NCBI GenBank assembly: GCA_003231645.1
Contig: QIIW01000108.1
Location: 2,443 to 66,442, forward strand
Reading direction: 5' to 3'
Length of the DNA stretch: 64,000 nt
Origin: Acidimicrobiia bacterium
GTDB lineage: Bacteria > Actinomycetota > Acidimicrobiia > Acidimicrobiales > Aldehydirespiratoraceae
The stretch's first letter is position 1. The number at the start of each line of letters is the position of its first letter. Positions 9,541 to 17,833 of this stretch are shown here, one piece after another. The position numbers and the translations under genes are program-made. A model generated the notes under the pieces. The model saw nothing but the letters and a program-made list of their open reading frames with translations. It was not told the origin of the DNA and did no database searches.

Positions 9541-9894
9541 GTGGTAGGGATCGGCGCGGCACTGATCGTGTTCGTGGCCTTGTTGTTGACGGTCGGCGCG
9601 GCGCAGTGGGTATGGGCCGCTACCGGCGAGAATGATTCGACCGTCCCCGAGCGGGTTCCGTTCGCGGGCGGCGCGGAGCCGGAGTTCCATGCCTGGAACA
9701 GATTTCACATCCGTTACTACGCCATGGCCCTTCTGTTCCTTGCCTTCGACATGGAGATGGTGTTCATGTATCCGTGGGCCGTCGTCTTCGTCCGTCAAGG
9801 CCTCCTCGCACTGATCGAGATGCTGATGTTCATTCTCATCCTCGTGGTGGGGATGGTGTACGCCTGGCGCGAGAAAAGCTTCGAGTGGGATTGA
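9541..9894 (+). CDS. nuoA: NuoA-like subunit
   Basis: RFHIRYYAMALLFLAFDMEMVFMYPWA and YAWREKSFEW. Confidence 0.9.
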   Translation: MVGIGAALIVFVALLLTVGAAQWVWAATGENDSTVPERVPFAGGAEPEFHAWNRFHIRYYAMALLFLAFDMEMVFMYPWAVVFVRQGLLALIEMLMFILILVVGMVYAWREKSFEWD

Positions 9895-11165
9895 AAGCCC
9901 GGCTCGTCCATCTGGCGAGGACCGGTGAGGTACCGGTCTTCGCGGTCGTCGGCGGCGGCTACCGATCGGCGATGCATCAGCTGCGGCACGCCGATGGCAT
10001 CCGTATCGTCACCTCACCGCGACACGCGTCGGTGCTGTTGATCGCCGGAACGTTCACCGAAGCCGCGACAGAGACCGTCAACCGGGTTCACGACCAGATG
10101 GCGGGGCCACGGGTGACCGTGGGCTGGGGTCACCGCGAGCCGATGCTGGCCCCGACAAGGGCGAACCCGGCCGGTGACACTTCCGAGATCGCCGCGGTGA
10201 TCCGACGACAGTTCCACGATGTGGTGACGGGAGCGATCCAACCCGAGCCTCCCCTGCTACCCGACGTTGATCCCGTGGAGTGGCGAGGCGTCGGACCGTA
10301 CGGACATGGAGGTACCGGGATGACGGGCGGCACGCCGTACGGCAGGCCGCTGGCGCTCCGGGCACCCGACCGCGACGGTCTCGAGTTGGATCAGGTACCG
10401 GTCACCATCGGACCATGGTTCGCCGGATTCCCGCCGGGCCTCGCTCTGCGGGTCTCGCTCCAGGGAGATGTGGCCCAAGCAGTCGAGGTGGTCACCACCA
10501 GCGTTGTGTCGTCGGGCCCGCCCGGGGTGTTCACCCGGGCGCTCCACGAGCCGACACCGATCCGTGATCTCGAGATGGCTCGCGCCAGGCACCATCTTGA
10601 ATGGATGGCCGACACCCTCCTGATCGCCGGAGCCGACCGACTGTCGCTCAGAGCCGACCGACTGGCCGAGACGATCCAACCAGGTGACGTCGAGCACGTG
10701 ACTCGGCTCACGGCGGCGGCACGGAGGTCGTTGCTGCGTCTGATGACACTTCGGGGGGTCGGAGTGCTTTCGGCCGATATCGACATGGTCGGCCTCGGCC
10801 CGGTGGCCCGTGCCGCCGGGTTCTCCGACGATCGACGCACACCGGAGCCGGCGTATCGCGACATCGGCTTTCAACCGGTGACACATGATGTCGGTGATGC
10901 GTGGGCCCGGTTCGCGCAGCGAGCAGCGGAGGCGGCCCAGGCCGTCGATCTGGCCGCTCGGGCCGGCAGCCATCGCGCCTTCGGGAGCGGCGAGGTCGAG
11001 GCTCCGGACGGTCATCATCAAGCGGGCGAAACCGGACCGGCCGACCGCCTGACATCGATGCTCGACGCGGTGCTCCCCGGTATGGAGTGGGGTGACCTGG
11101 TCACCACCGTCCAATCACTCGACATCGACATGGAGTCCGTCTTCTTCGGGAGACCACCGACATGA
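9885..11165 (+). CDS. Degenerate NuoB-NuoD fusion protein with no cysteines
   Basis: NuoB-like SPRHASVLLIAGT...RVHDQMAGPR; NuoD-like VTIGPW...LRVSLQGD, LRGVGVLS, GPVARAAG..D.R, GDAWARFAQR, VEAPDG, DLVTTVQSLD; no Cys in 426 aa. Confidence 0.8.
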   Translation: MGLKARLVHLARTGEVPVFAVVGGGYRSAMHQLRHADGIRIVTSPRHASVLLIAGTFTEAATETVNRVHDQMAGPRVTVGWGHREPMLAPTRANPAGDTSEIAAVIRRQFHDVVTGAIQPEPPLLPDVDPVEWRGVGPYGHGGTGMTGGTPYGRPLALRAPDRDGLELDQVPVTIGPWFAGFPPGLALRVSLQGDVAQAVEVVTTSVVSSGPPGVFTRALHEPTPIRDLEMARARHHLEWMADTLLIAGADRLSLRADRLAETIQPGDVEHVTRLTAAARRSLLRLMTLRGVGVLSADIDMVGLGPVARAAGFSDDRRTPEPAYRDIGFQPVTHDVGDAWARFAQRAAEAAQAVDLAARAGSHRAFGSGEVEAPDGHHQAGETGPADRLTSMLDAVLPGMEWGDLVTTVQSLDIDMESVFFGRPPT

Positions 11166-12070
11166 CGACCCTCGGTATCGGCATCCAGGTGGCCGCGATG
11201 CTGGTCGGCGGCGCATACGTGCTGGCCGTCGCCGACCGCCTCATCGGCGGTTCGGGCTCGAATGTGCGCTCGGCTTTCTCGTACCCCGTCAAGCGACTGT
11301 CCTTTCTGATGTTGCAACCGGTCACCACCACCGAGCGACCGGATCTTGCCGCGTGGATACTCGCCCCCTCGCTGCTACTGGGGCTGGCGGCGGTGGGCGC
11401 GGTGTCGATCCCCATCGGTGGTCCATCGCCCGGGGGCGACATTCCGGCCGGGCTGGTGCTGTTCGGTGCCGCCATGCTCATCGTGCTGGTTGCCGTGTTC
11501 ATCTTCGGGTGGGCACCGAATTCGGTGCTCCCCATGATCGGCGGGTATCGCTTCGCCGCCATGGTCCTGTCGATCGGTATCCCCTTCTCGCTGGTTGTGC
11601 TCACGACAGCCATCCCGGCCGAGTCGCTGTCCGTGGGAACGATCGTGGAATCGCAGTCGAGCCTGTGGTACCTCCTGGTCCAACCCCTCGGGCTCCCCAT
11701 CTACCTGATCACGGCCGCGGCAATAGCTTTCTGGGGTCCATTCGACCTCCCGGAGGGCACCGATCTCGCCGGAGGGATCGTCGCCGAGGCGTCGGGCGCG
11801 AGGTTGGCGATGTGGCGGTTCGCCCGGGCGGCATTGATGGTGACATTGTCGCTGATGGGTGCGGCGGTGTTTCTCGGCGGTTATCTCGGCCCGGTGCTTC
11901 CCGGCTGGCTCTGGACCGTGATCAAGACCGCGGTGCTGTTGATCCTGTTGGCATTGACCGGGCGGACGATGGCGCGGATACGCGTCCAACGTTTCGTGTG
12001 GTTCGGGTGGGTCGTGCTGCTCCCTCTCGCATTGGTCGACGTGTTCGTCTCGGGGTGGGTGGCGTTGTGA
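11162..12070 (+). CDS. nuoH: Divergent NuoH-like membrane subunit
   Basis: GWAPNSVLPMIGGYRFAA, LVQPLG, PFDLPE, FLGGYLGP, WTVIKT; about 8 TM segments. Confidence 0.85.
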   Translation: MTTLGIGIQVAAMLVGGAYVLAVADRLIGGSGSNVRSAFSYPVKRLSFLMLQPVTTTERPDLAAWILAPSLLLGLAAVGAVSIPIGGPSPGGDIPAGLVLFGAAMLIVLVAVFIFGWAPNSVLPMIGGYRFAAMVLSIGIPFSLVVLTTAIPAESLSVGTIVESQSSLWYLLVQPLGLPIYLITAAAIAFWGPFDLPEGTDLAGGIVAEASGARLAMWRFARAALMVTLSLMGAAVFLGGYLGPVLPGWLWTVIKTAVLLILLALTGRTMARIRVQRFVWFGWVVLLPLALVDVFVSGWVAL

Positions 12071-12633
12071 ACCCCGGTCTGCTGTCGTACTTCCTCGTAT
12101 CGGCCTTCGGCATCGGAGCGGTCGTGTCGGGATGGTTGGTGTTCCGTACCGACTCCATGTTGAGAGCCGCGTACTGGCTCATGGTCTCGTTCGTGGCGGT
12201 CGGCGCCATGTTGGTCGTGCTCGATGCCCAGTTCCTCGGATTGATCCTCATCCTGATGATGTCCGGCGAGATGACGATCATGGCGATCTTCATGATCATG
12301 TTCATGATGAACCCTGCCGGGTTGAACCCGATGACGATGGTTCACCAGCACCGGACATCGATGGTTGCGGGTGTCGGGTCGTTCCTCGTTCTCGCGTGGG
12401 TGGGGGTGGTGGCAGAATTTCCCGATCGCCCCGCTCCTGCCGTCGATCCGACAGCCGCCCTCGGGGAAGAACTGTTGGGACGCTCGATGCTCATCTTCGA
12501 GTCCGCAGGTGTCGCCCTTCTCGCGGTCATGATCGGCGCCATCGCCCTGGCCGCCAAGCGGGGGCGTTTCGGAGACGCCGATGCCGGGTCCGTTGAACCG
12601 GAGATCGATGTCGATACCGGGAGCCGGACATGA
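12067..12633 (+). CDS. nuoJ: NuoJ-like subunit with Met-rich TM3/loop
   Basis: GTG start overlaps the nuoH stop; LDAQFLG, ALGEELL...LIFESAGVALLAVMIGAIALA. Confidence 0.85.
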   Translation: MNPGLLSYFLVSAFGIGAVVSGWLVFRTDSMLRAAYWLMVSFVAVGAMLVVLDAQFLGLILILMMSGEMTIMAIFMIMFMMNPAGLNPMTMVHQHRTSMVAGVGSFLVLAWVGVVAEFPDRPAPAVDPTAALGEELLGRSMLIFESAGVALLAVMIGAIALAAKRGRFGDADAGSVEPEIDVDTGSRT

Positions 12634-12932
12634 TCGATCTTCTCCTCGTCATCGCTGCTGCCGTATTCGGAATAGGGGTGTACGGGGCCCTCAGCCAGCA
12701 GTCGTTCGTGATGATCATGATGGGCCTCGAGCTGATGCTCAACAGCGCAGTGCTCGTCGTGGTCACTTTCTGGTGGGGGACGACGGGCGGGAACCCCTCG
12801 GGGCAACTGCTGGTGATCGTGATCCTCGCGGTGATGGCGGTCGAGGCGGCCATCGGGTTCGCTCTGGTGACGGCTGTCTACCGGTCCAGGAAGGCCGACA
12901 TCACCGAAAAGCTGAGGAGGCTGCGCTTCTGA
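12630..12932 (+). CDS. nuoK: NuoK-like subunit
   Basis: 100 aa, 3 TM; GLELMLN and AVEAAIGFA keep both conserved Glu. Confidence 0.92.
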   Translation: MIDLLLVIAAAVFGIGVYGALSQQSFVMIMMGLELMLNSAVLVVVTFWWGTTGGNPSGQLLVIVILAVMAVEAAIGFALVTAVYRSRKADITEKLRRLRF

Positions 12933-14845
12933 TGGTGTGGCTACCCGTGTTCACACCGCTGATCGGCGGCGTCGTCATCCTGGCTCTCAGGCGCCGACAG
13001 ACCGCGGCCAAGATGGCGTCGGTCGCGGTGATGGCGGCCACGGTGGCGGCGGCAGCGACGGTGTCCGGGGTACAGGCAACAGGTACCTGGACGTGGGGCG
13101 GGGGTCTTGACCTGGCCGTTGCGGTGACAGGATTCGGACGGGTCATGGTGATTCTCGTTCCGGTGATCGCCACCGCGGTGATCGGTTTCGCCGCCGCGAA
13201 CTCCGAGGATGACCGGGCGATCATCAAGCTGTTGGTGGTTCTCACATGGTTCGTTGCCGCCATGGAGCTCCTGGTCATCGCGGCTGACTTCCTCACGCTG
13301 CTAATCGGATGGGAGCTGGTCGGTGCGGCATCGTGGGTCCTGATCGGGCACGAGTGGCGCGATCCCGAGCGTCCCCGATCGGCCCGAGAGGCCTTCGTCA
13401 CCACCCGGTTCGGCGACCTCGGCCTCTACGTGGCGGCCGGGGCCGTCTTCGCCTCCACCGGGAGCCTTCGCTACGCCGATCTGCCGGATGCGTCACCCGG
13501 ATGGCTGGCGATCGTGGCCGCAGGGTTGGTCCTGGCGGCCGCGGCCAAGTCGGCCCAGGTTCCGTTCTCGCCGTGGTTGTTCTCGGCCATGGCCGGGCCG
13601 ACCCCGGTGTCGGCCCTCCTGCACTCGGCAACAATGGTTGCCGCCGGCGCCTACATACTGATCCGGCTTCAGCCGACCCTTTCCATGGTGAGCTGGTTCG
13701 CTCCGGTGGTGGTGGGGATCGGCCTCGTCACAGCCCTCGCCGGCGGCATGGTCGCCCTGGCCCAGCAGGATCTCAAGAAGGCCCTCGCCGGGTCGACATC
13801 GGCCCAGTACGGTTTGATGTTGGTGGCGGTGGGTGCCGGATTCACGGCGGCAGCCGCCGGGCATCTCACGGCTCATGCCCTGTTCAAGTCACTGCTGTTC
13901 CTGGCCGCCGGGGTCGCCCTTCATGCCAGGGGCACACTTGATCTGAGCAGGTTGCGGCTCGGATCTGCCCTCCCGCGAGTGGCGGTGCTCTTCGGCATCG
14001 GCGCGTTGGCCCTGGGCGCGGTTCCGCCGCTCGGAGCGGCGTTCACCAAGGAGGCCGTGCTGGCGGGTGCGTTCCATTCCGGTATCTGGGTGGGTCTGGG
14101 GACCGCAGCCGCCGGCCTGCTCAGCACCCTGTACGCGGGGAGGCTCCACCTGCTGGCCTACGGACCCGGCCCGACCGAGGAGCTTCACTCCCGACCGCGA
14201 CGAGGCGAGGTGGCGGCGCTCGGACTGCTCGCGGCACTGACCCTGCTGCTCGGAATACTGTGGCTCCCCGGCGGAGACGCCGCCCTGGAGCGGATGGCCG
14301 GTGGGGCGATCGTCTCACCGACCCGAGTTGAAACGGTGCTGTCGTGGACACTCGTCGCCCTCGGGCTCGCCGTGGTGGGTGTTGCGTGGCGACGGGGCCG
14401 ACTCGTGACACTCGGACTGCCGCCCCGTACTCGTGAGTTCATCGCCGGGTGGTGGGGCATTCCGACCGGGGCCCGTGTGCTGATCGTCGAACCGGTGTCC
14501 CGCCTCGGGCAATGGCTCTCCATCGCCGACCGCAAGGTGTTGGCGCGGCTCGCCGATGCCGTGGCCGGCTTCGGCCAACTCATGTCGCGCGTCCTCACGC
14601 AGGCGGTGGATCGGTCGATCGACGCCGTCGTGTGGCGCGTGGGGACGGGCACGATCCGTGGAGCCGCAATATCCCGCCTGGCGGATGACCGAGGTGTGGA
14701 CGCGAGCGTGGAAAGTCTGGCCTCGGGAATCGGCATGGCGGGGACACAGAGTCGTCGCACGCAGACCGGAATGTCCTATCACTACTACACGATGATGATG
14801 ATCGGGCTCGTGGCGGCTATTGCCGTCGCGGCTCTTTGGAGGTAA
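12932..14845 (+). CDS. nuoL: NuoL-like antiporter subunit
   Basis: GWELVG, TRFGDLG, AKSAQVPFSPWLFSAMAGPTPVSALLHSATMV, HALFKSLLFL, AFTKE. Confidence 0.92.
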   Translation: MVWLPVFTPLIGGVVILALRRRQTAAKMASVAVMAATVAAAATVSGVQATGTWTWGGGLDLAVAVTGFGRVMVILVPVIATAVIGFAAANSEDDRAIIKLLVVLTWFVAAMELLVIAADFLTLLIGWELVGAASWVLIGHEWRDPERPRSAREAFVTTRFGDLGLYVAAGAVFASTGSLRYADLPDASPGWLAIVAAGLVLAAAAKSAQVPFSPWLFSAMAGPTPVSALLHSATMVAAGAYILIRLQPTLSMVSWFAPVVVGIGLVTALAGGMVALAQQDLKKALAGSTSAQYGLMLVAVGAGFTAAAAGHLTAHALFKSLLFLAAGVALHARGTLDLSRLRLGSALPRVAVLFGIGALALGAVPPLGAAFTKEAVLAGAFHSGIWVGLGTAAAGLLSTLYAGRLHLLAYGPGPTEELHSRPRRGEVAALGLLAALTLLLGILWLPGGDAALERMAGGAIVSPTRVETVLSWTLVALGLAVVGVAWRRGRLVTLGLPPRTREFIAGWWGIPTGARVLIVEPVSRLGQWLSIADRKVLARLADAVAGFGQLMSRVLTQAVDRSIDAVVWRVGTGTIRGAAISRLADDRGVDASVESLASGIGMAGTQSRRTQTGMSYHYYTMMMIGLVAAIAVAALWR

Positions 14846-14850
14846 CGCAG

Positions 14851-16329
14851 ATGTTGACGTTGGCCATTTTCGTGCCGCTTCTGGTGGCGATGATCACGCT
14901 GGCGATCCCGAGACGACATGAACATCTGGCGCGCCCGTTGGCCATCTGGACCAGCTTCATTCCACTCGTCGTGGTGGCGATCTCCTGGAAACGCTTCGAG
15001 TTCGGAACCGGGTTCCAGCTCGTGGAGTCACTGACATGGATTCCGTCGCTCGGGATCTCCTACAAGGTCGGCGTCGACGGGTTGTCGCTCCCACTGGTCG
15101 CCCTCACCGCGGTGCTGTTCACCGCGTCGATGGTGTTCCCCTTCGACGATCGCGGCAAGCCTCGCCCGTACTACGCCACATTCCTGTTCCTGGAAGCGAT
15201 CTCGCTGGGAGTCTTCCTGTCACTCGATCTCATTCTATTCTTCGTGTTCTGGGACCTCAGCCTGGTCGGGATGTATTTCCTGATCGGTGTCTGGGGGCAC
15301 GGCAACGCCCAACGTTCGGCCCTCAAGTTCTTCCTCTACACCCTCCTCGGTTCGTTGGCCCTGTTGCTCGGCATCCTCGGGATCTACCTCTACACGAATC
15401 CCCGGACCTTCGACATGGTCGAGATCATCCGCACCAATCCTGTGCCGGCGGGCGGGTTGGCCGCCACGCTGATCTTCGTCGCCCTTGGCATCGGGTTCGC
15501 GGTCAAGACGCCGCTTGTGCCGTTCCACACCTGGCTCCCGCCGGCCCACGTCGACGCGCCGGCGCCCGCGTCGACGATCCTCGCCGGGGTCCTGCTGAAG
15601 ATGGGAACCTACGGCTTCATCCGGATCTCGTTGCAGATGCTTCCCGAAACGTTCCAGCGTTTCGCCCTTCCCCTCGGGGTGATAGCCGTTGTGAGCATCC
15701 TCTACGGCGCGCTCGTGGCCATGGCCCAGACCAATCTCAAGCGCCTCGTCGCCTATACCAGTGTCAATCACATGGGGTACGTGATCCTCGGGATAGCCGC
15801 GGCCGGGGCACTCGGTGTCGGCAGCGAGGCCTCCCGATCGATCGCCATGACCGGAGCGGTGGTGGAGATGGTCGCACACGGGCTGATCACCGGGGCCTTG
15901 TTCCTGGTCTCGGGATCGATCCTCGCCCGAGGCGAGACCTACGAGCTCGACCAATACGGGGGTCTGGCCAGCCGGGCGCCGCGACTGGCGGGGATCACCA
16001 TGCTGGCCGCGTTCGCCAGCCTCGGGTTACCGGGCTTGGCGGGGTTCGTGGCCGAGTTCCAGATATTCGCCGGAACGTTGGGGGTGTTCCCGTGGCTGGC
16101 TGCCATCGGTTTGCTCGGCATCGTGATCACGGCGGCGCTTTTCCTCCGCATGATCCAGCAGGTCTTCCTCGGGGATCTCCCCGCCCGTTGGGACGGATGG
16201 CCGGATCTGAGGAAAGCCGAGATGTACGCCCTGGTGCCCCTGATGGCACTCGTGGTGGTGATCGGCGTGACGCCCTCGTGGCTGGTCCGGGTCATCAACA
16301 CCTTGTCCCAGGTCGTGGCGCGGGGGTGA
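14851..16329 (+). CDS. nuoM: NuoM-like antiporter subunit
   Basis: GVDGLS, KFFLYT, AVKTPLVPFHTWLPPAHVDAP, LLKMGTYG, GLPGLAGFVAEF; GGAGG RBS. Confidence 0.93.
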   Translation: MLTLAIFVPLLVAMITLAIPRRHEHLARPLAIWTSFIPLVVVAISWKRFEFGTGFQLVESLTWIPSLGISYKVGVDGLSLPLVALTAVLFTASMVFPFDDRGKPRPYYATFLFLEAISLGVFLSLDLILFFVFWDLSLVGMYFLIGVWGHGNAQRSALKFFLYTLLGSLALLLGILGIYLYTNPRTFDMVEIIRTNPVPAGGLAATLIFVALGIGFAVKTPLVPFHTWLPPAHVDAPAPASTILAGVLLKMGTYGFIRISLQMLPETFQRFALPLGVIAVVSILYGALVAMAQTNLKRLVAYTSVNHMGYVILGIAAAGALGVGSEASRSIAMTGAVVEMVAHGLITGALFLVSGSILARGETYELDQYGGLASRAPRLAGITMLAAFASLGLPGLAGFVAEFQIFAGTLGVFPWLAAIGLLGIVITAALFLRMIQQVFLGDLPARWDGWPDLRKAEMYALVPLMALVVVIGVTPSWLVRVINTLSQVVARG

Positions 16330-16362
16330 CATGTCTGCGTCCATGATCCGTGAATTGCTTCC

Positions 16363-17790
16363 ATGACCAGGGAGATGGGCCAAGCCGCGCTCGACATACT
16401 CCCGGCCCTCGTTTTTGCCGGCGGGGCCATTCTGTTGATCTTCTACGTCATGTTCGTGCCCCGGGCATTGCAGGTGTGGTCGGCGCTGGGTGCCACCGTG
16501 GTGCTCGCGGTCGCCGGATTCGCCAGCGGCTGGTATCTGGGCCGGGCCCCCAACATCACCTTCTTCGGGACTTTTGCCGCCGATCGAACGTGGCTCTGGG
16601 GAACGCTCATCATCGTGGTAGTGACCCTGCTCACGGTTGCTCTGTCGGTGGACTGGTTCCGGTCGGACCCGCGCCAGGGCGAGTACTACGTGTTGCTCCT
16701 CCTGTCGGCACTGGGGGCCGTGTTGCTGGCCGGGGCGGTCGACCTGATGGAGCTCATCGTGGCGATGCTGTTGTCGTCGGTGACCGGATACACGCTGACC
16801 GCGTTTCACCGCAGGTCACGGGCGGCAACCGAGGCGGGCATGAAGTACTACCTGCTCGGTGCTCTCGCCAATGGGGCAATGGTGTACGGCGTTGCGCTGC
16901 TGTTCGGGCTGGCCGGTGGCACTTCGTTCGCCGACCTCCGTTCGGGGTTGGTCGACGCCGACTCGACCGCACTGATCGTCGGTTTCGCCATGGTGGCCAT
17001 CGGGGTGGCGTTCAAGCTCGGAGCGGTCCCTGCTCATCAGTGGATGCCCGATGTCGCCCAGGGCGCACCCGCACCGGCATCCGCTTTCCTGCTCGTCGCC
17101 GGCAAGGTAGGGGCGCTGATCGTCTTGATGCGACTCGTGGCCGTACTCCCCGAGTCGGCGGTGGGATGGCGACCGCTGATAGCCGTGATCGCGGCGCTGA
17201 CGATGACACTTGGCAACCTGGCGGCGCTGTGGCAGGACGACGTTCGGCGCATGCTGGGATGGTCGTCGGTGTCACAGACCGGATATGGCCTACTGGCGAT
17301 CGTCGCCTTTGGTCGAAGCGATCTTGCCGTTCCGTCGCTGCTGTTTTTCCTGGCCGCCTACGCAATGGGCAACATGGCGGCGTTCGGCGTCGTCGTCAAG
17401 TTGCGTGGGCTCACCGACCGGGAGTCCTTTCGTGGATTGGGGTCGACTCATCCCTGGCTCATGGGGGCGTTGGTGGTGAGCTTCTTGTCGTTCATCGGGA
17501 TTCCCCCGCTCGGTGGCTTCGCCGCCAAGCTGCTGTTGATGGGCGCCGTCATCGATTCGGGTTACGCCTGGCTCGCCGTTCTGACCGTGATCAATTCGGC
17601 CATCTCGTTGTTCTACTACGCCAGGGTGATGGGACCGGCGTACTTTGATTCGGCCGATGAGCCACGACCACTCATGGGGAGCCTCGCCTCCTGGGCCGTG
17701 GGTGTGGCCGTCGTCGCCGTGGTCGCCATCGGCGTCGCCGCCCAGCCCCTGGCGGCGGCCTGGCAGGCGCTGTCGCCCCTCACCGGCTAG
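16363..17790 (+). CDS. nuoN: NuoN-like antiporter subunit
   Basis: GEYY, EAGMKYYLLG, FKLGAVPAHQWMPDVAQGAP, GIPPLGGFAAK. Confidence 0.92.
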   Translation: MTREMGQAALDILPALVFAGGAILLIFYVMFVPRALQVWSALGATVVLAVAGFASGWYLGRAPNITFFGTFAADRTWLWGTLIIVVVTLLTVALSVDWFRSDPRQGEYYVLLLLSALGAVLLAGAVDLMELIVAMLLSSVTGYTLTAFHRRSRAATEAGMKYYLLGALANGAMVYGVALLFGLAGGTSFADLRSGLVDADSTALIVGFAMVAIGVAFKLGAVPAHQWMPDVAQGAPAPASAFLLVAGKVGALIVLMRLVAVLPESAVGWRPLIAVIAALTMTLGNLAALWQDDVRRMLGWSSVSQTGYGLLAIVAFGRSDLAVPSLLFFLAAYAMGNMAAFGVVVKLRGLTDRESFRGLGSTHPWLMGALVVSFLSFIGIPPLGGFAAKLLLMGAVIDSGYAWLAVLTVINSAISLFYYARVMGPAYFDSADEPRPLMGSLASWAVGVAVVAVVAIGVAAQPLAAAWQALSPLTG

Positions 17791-17833
17791 CGCCCACCGC
17801 CGGTTCGTCCGGACGTGGCACGAATCAGATTCG

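Noticed and set aside
9541-17790. Ordinary respiratory NADH dehydrogenase I or group 4 [NiFe] hydrogenase
   Set aside because: No nuoC/E/F/G/I, no Fe-S or Ni-binding Cys in the B/D protein, and no hydrogenase maturation genes.
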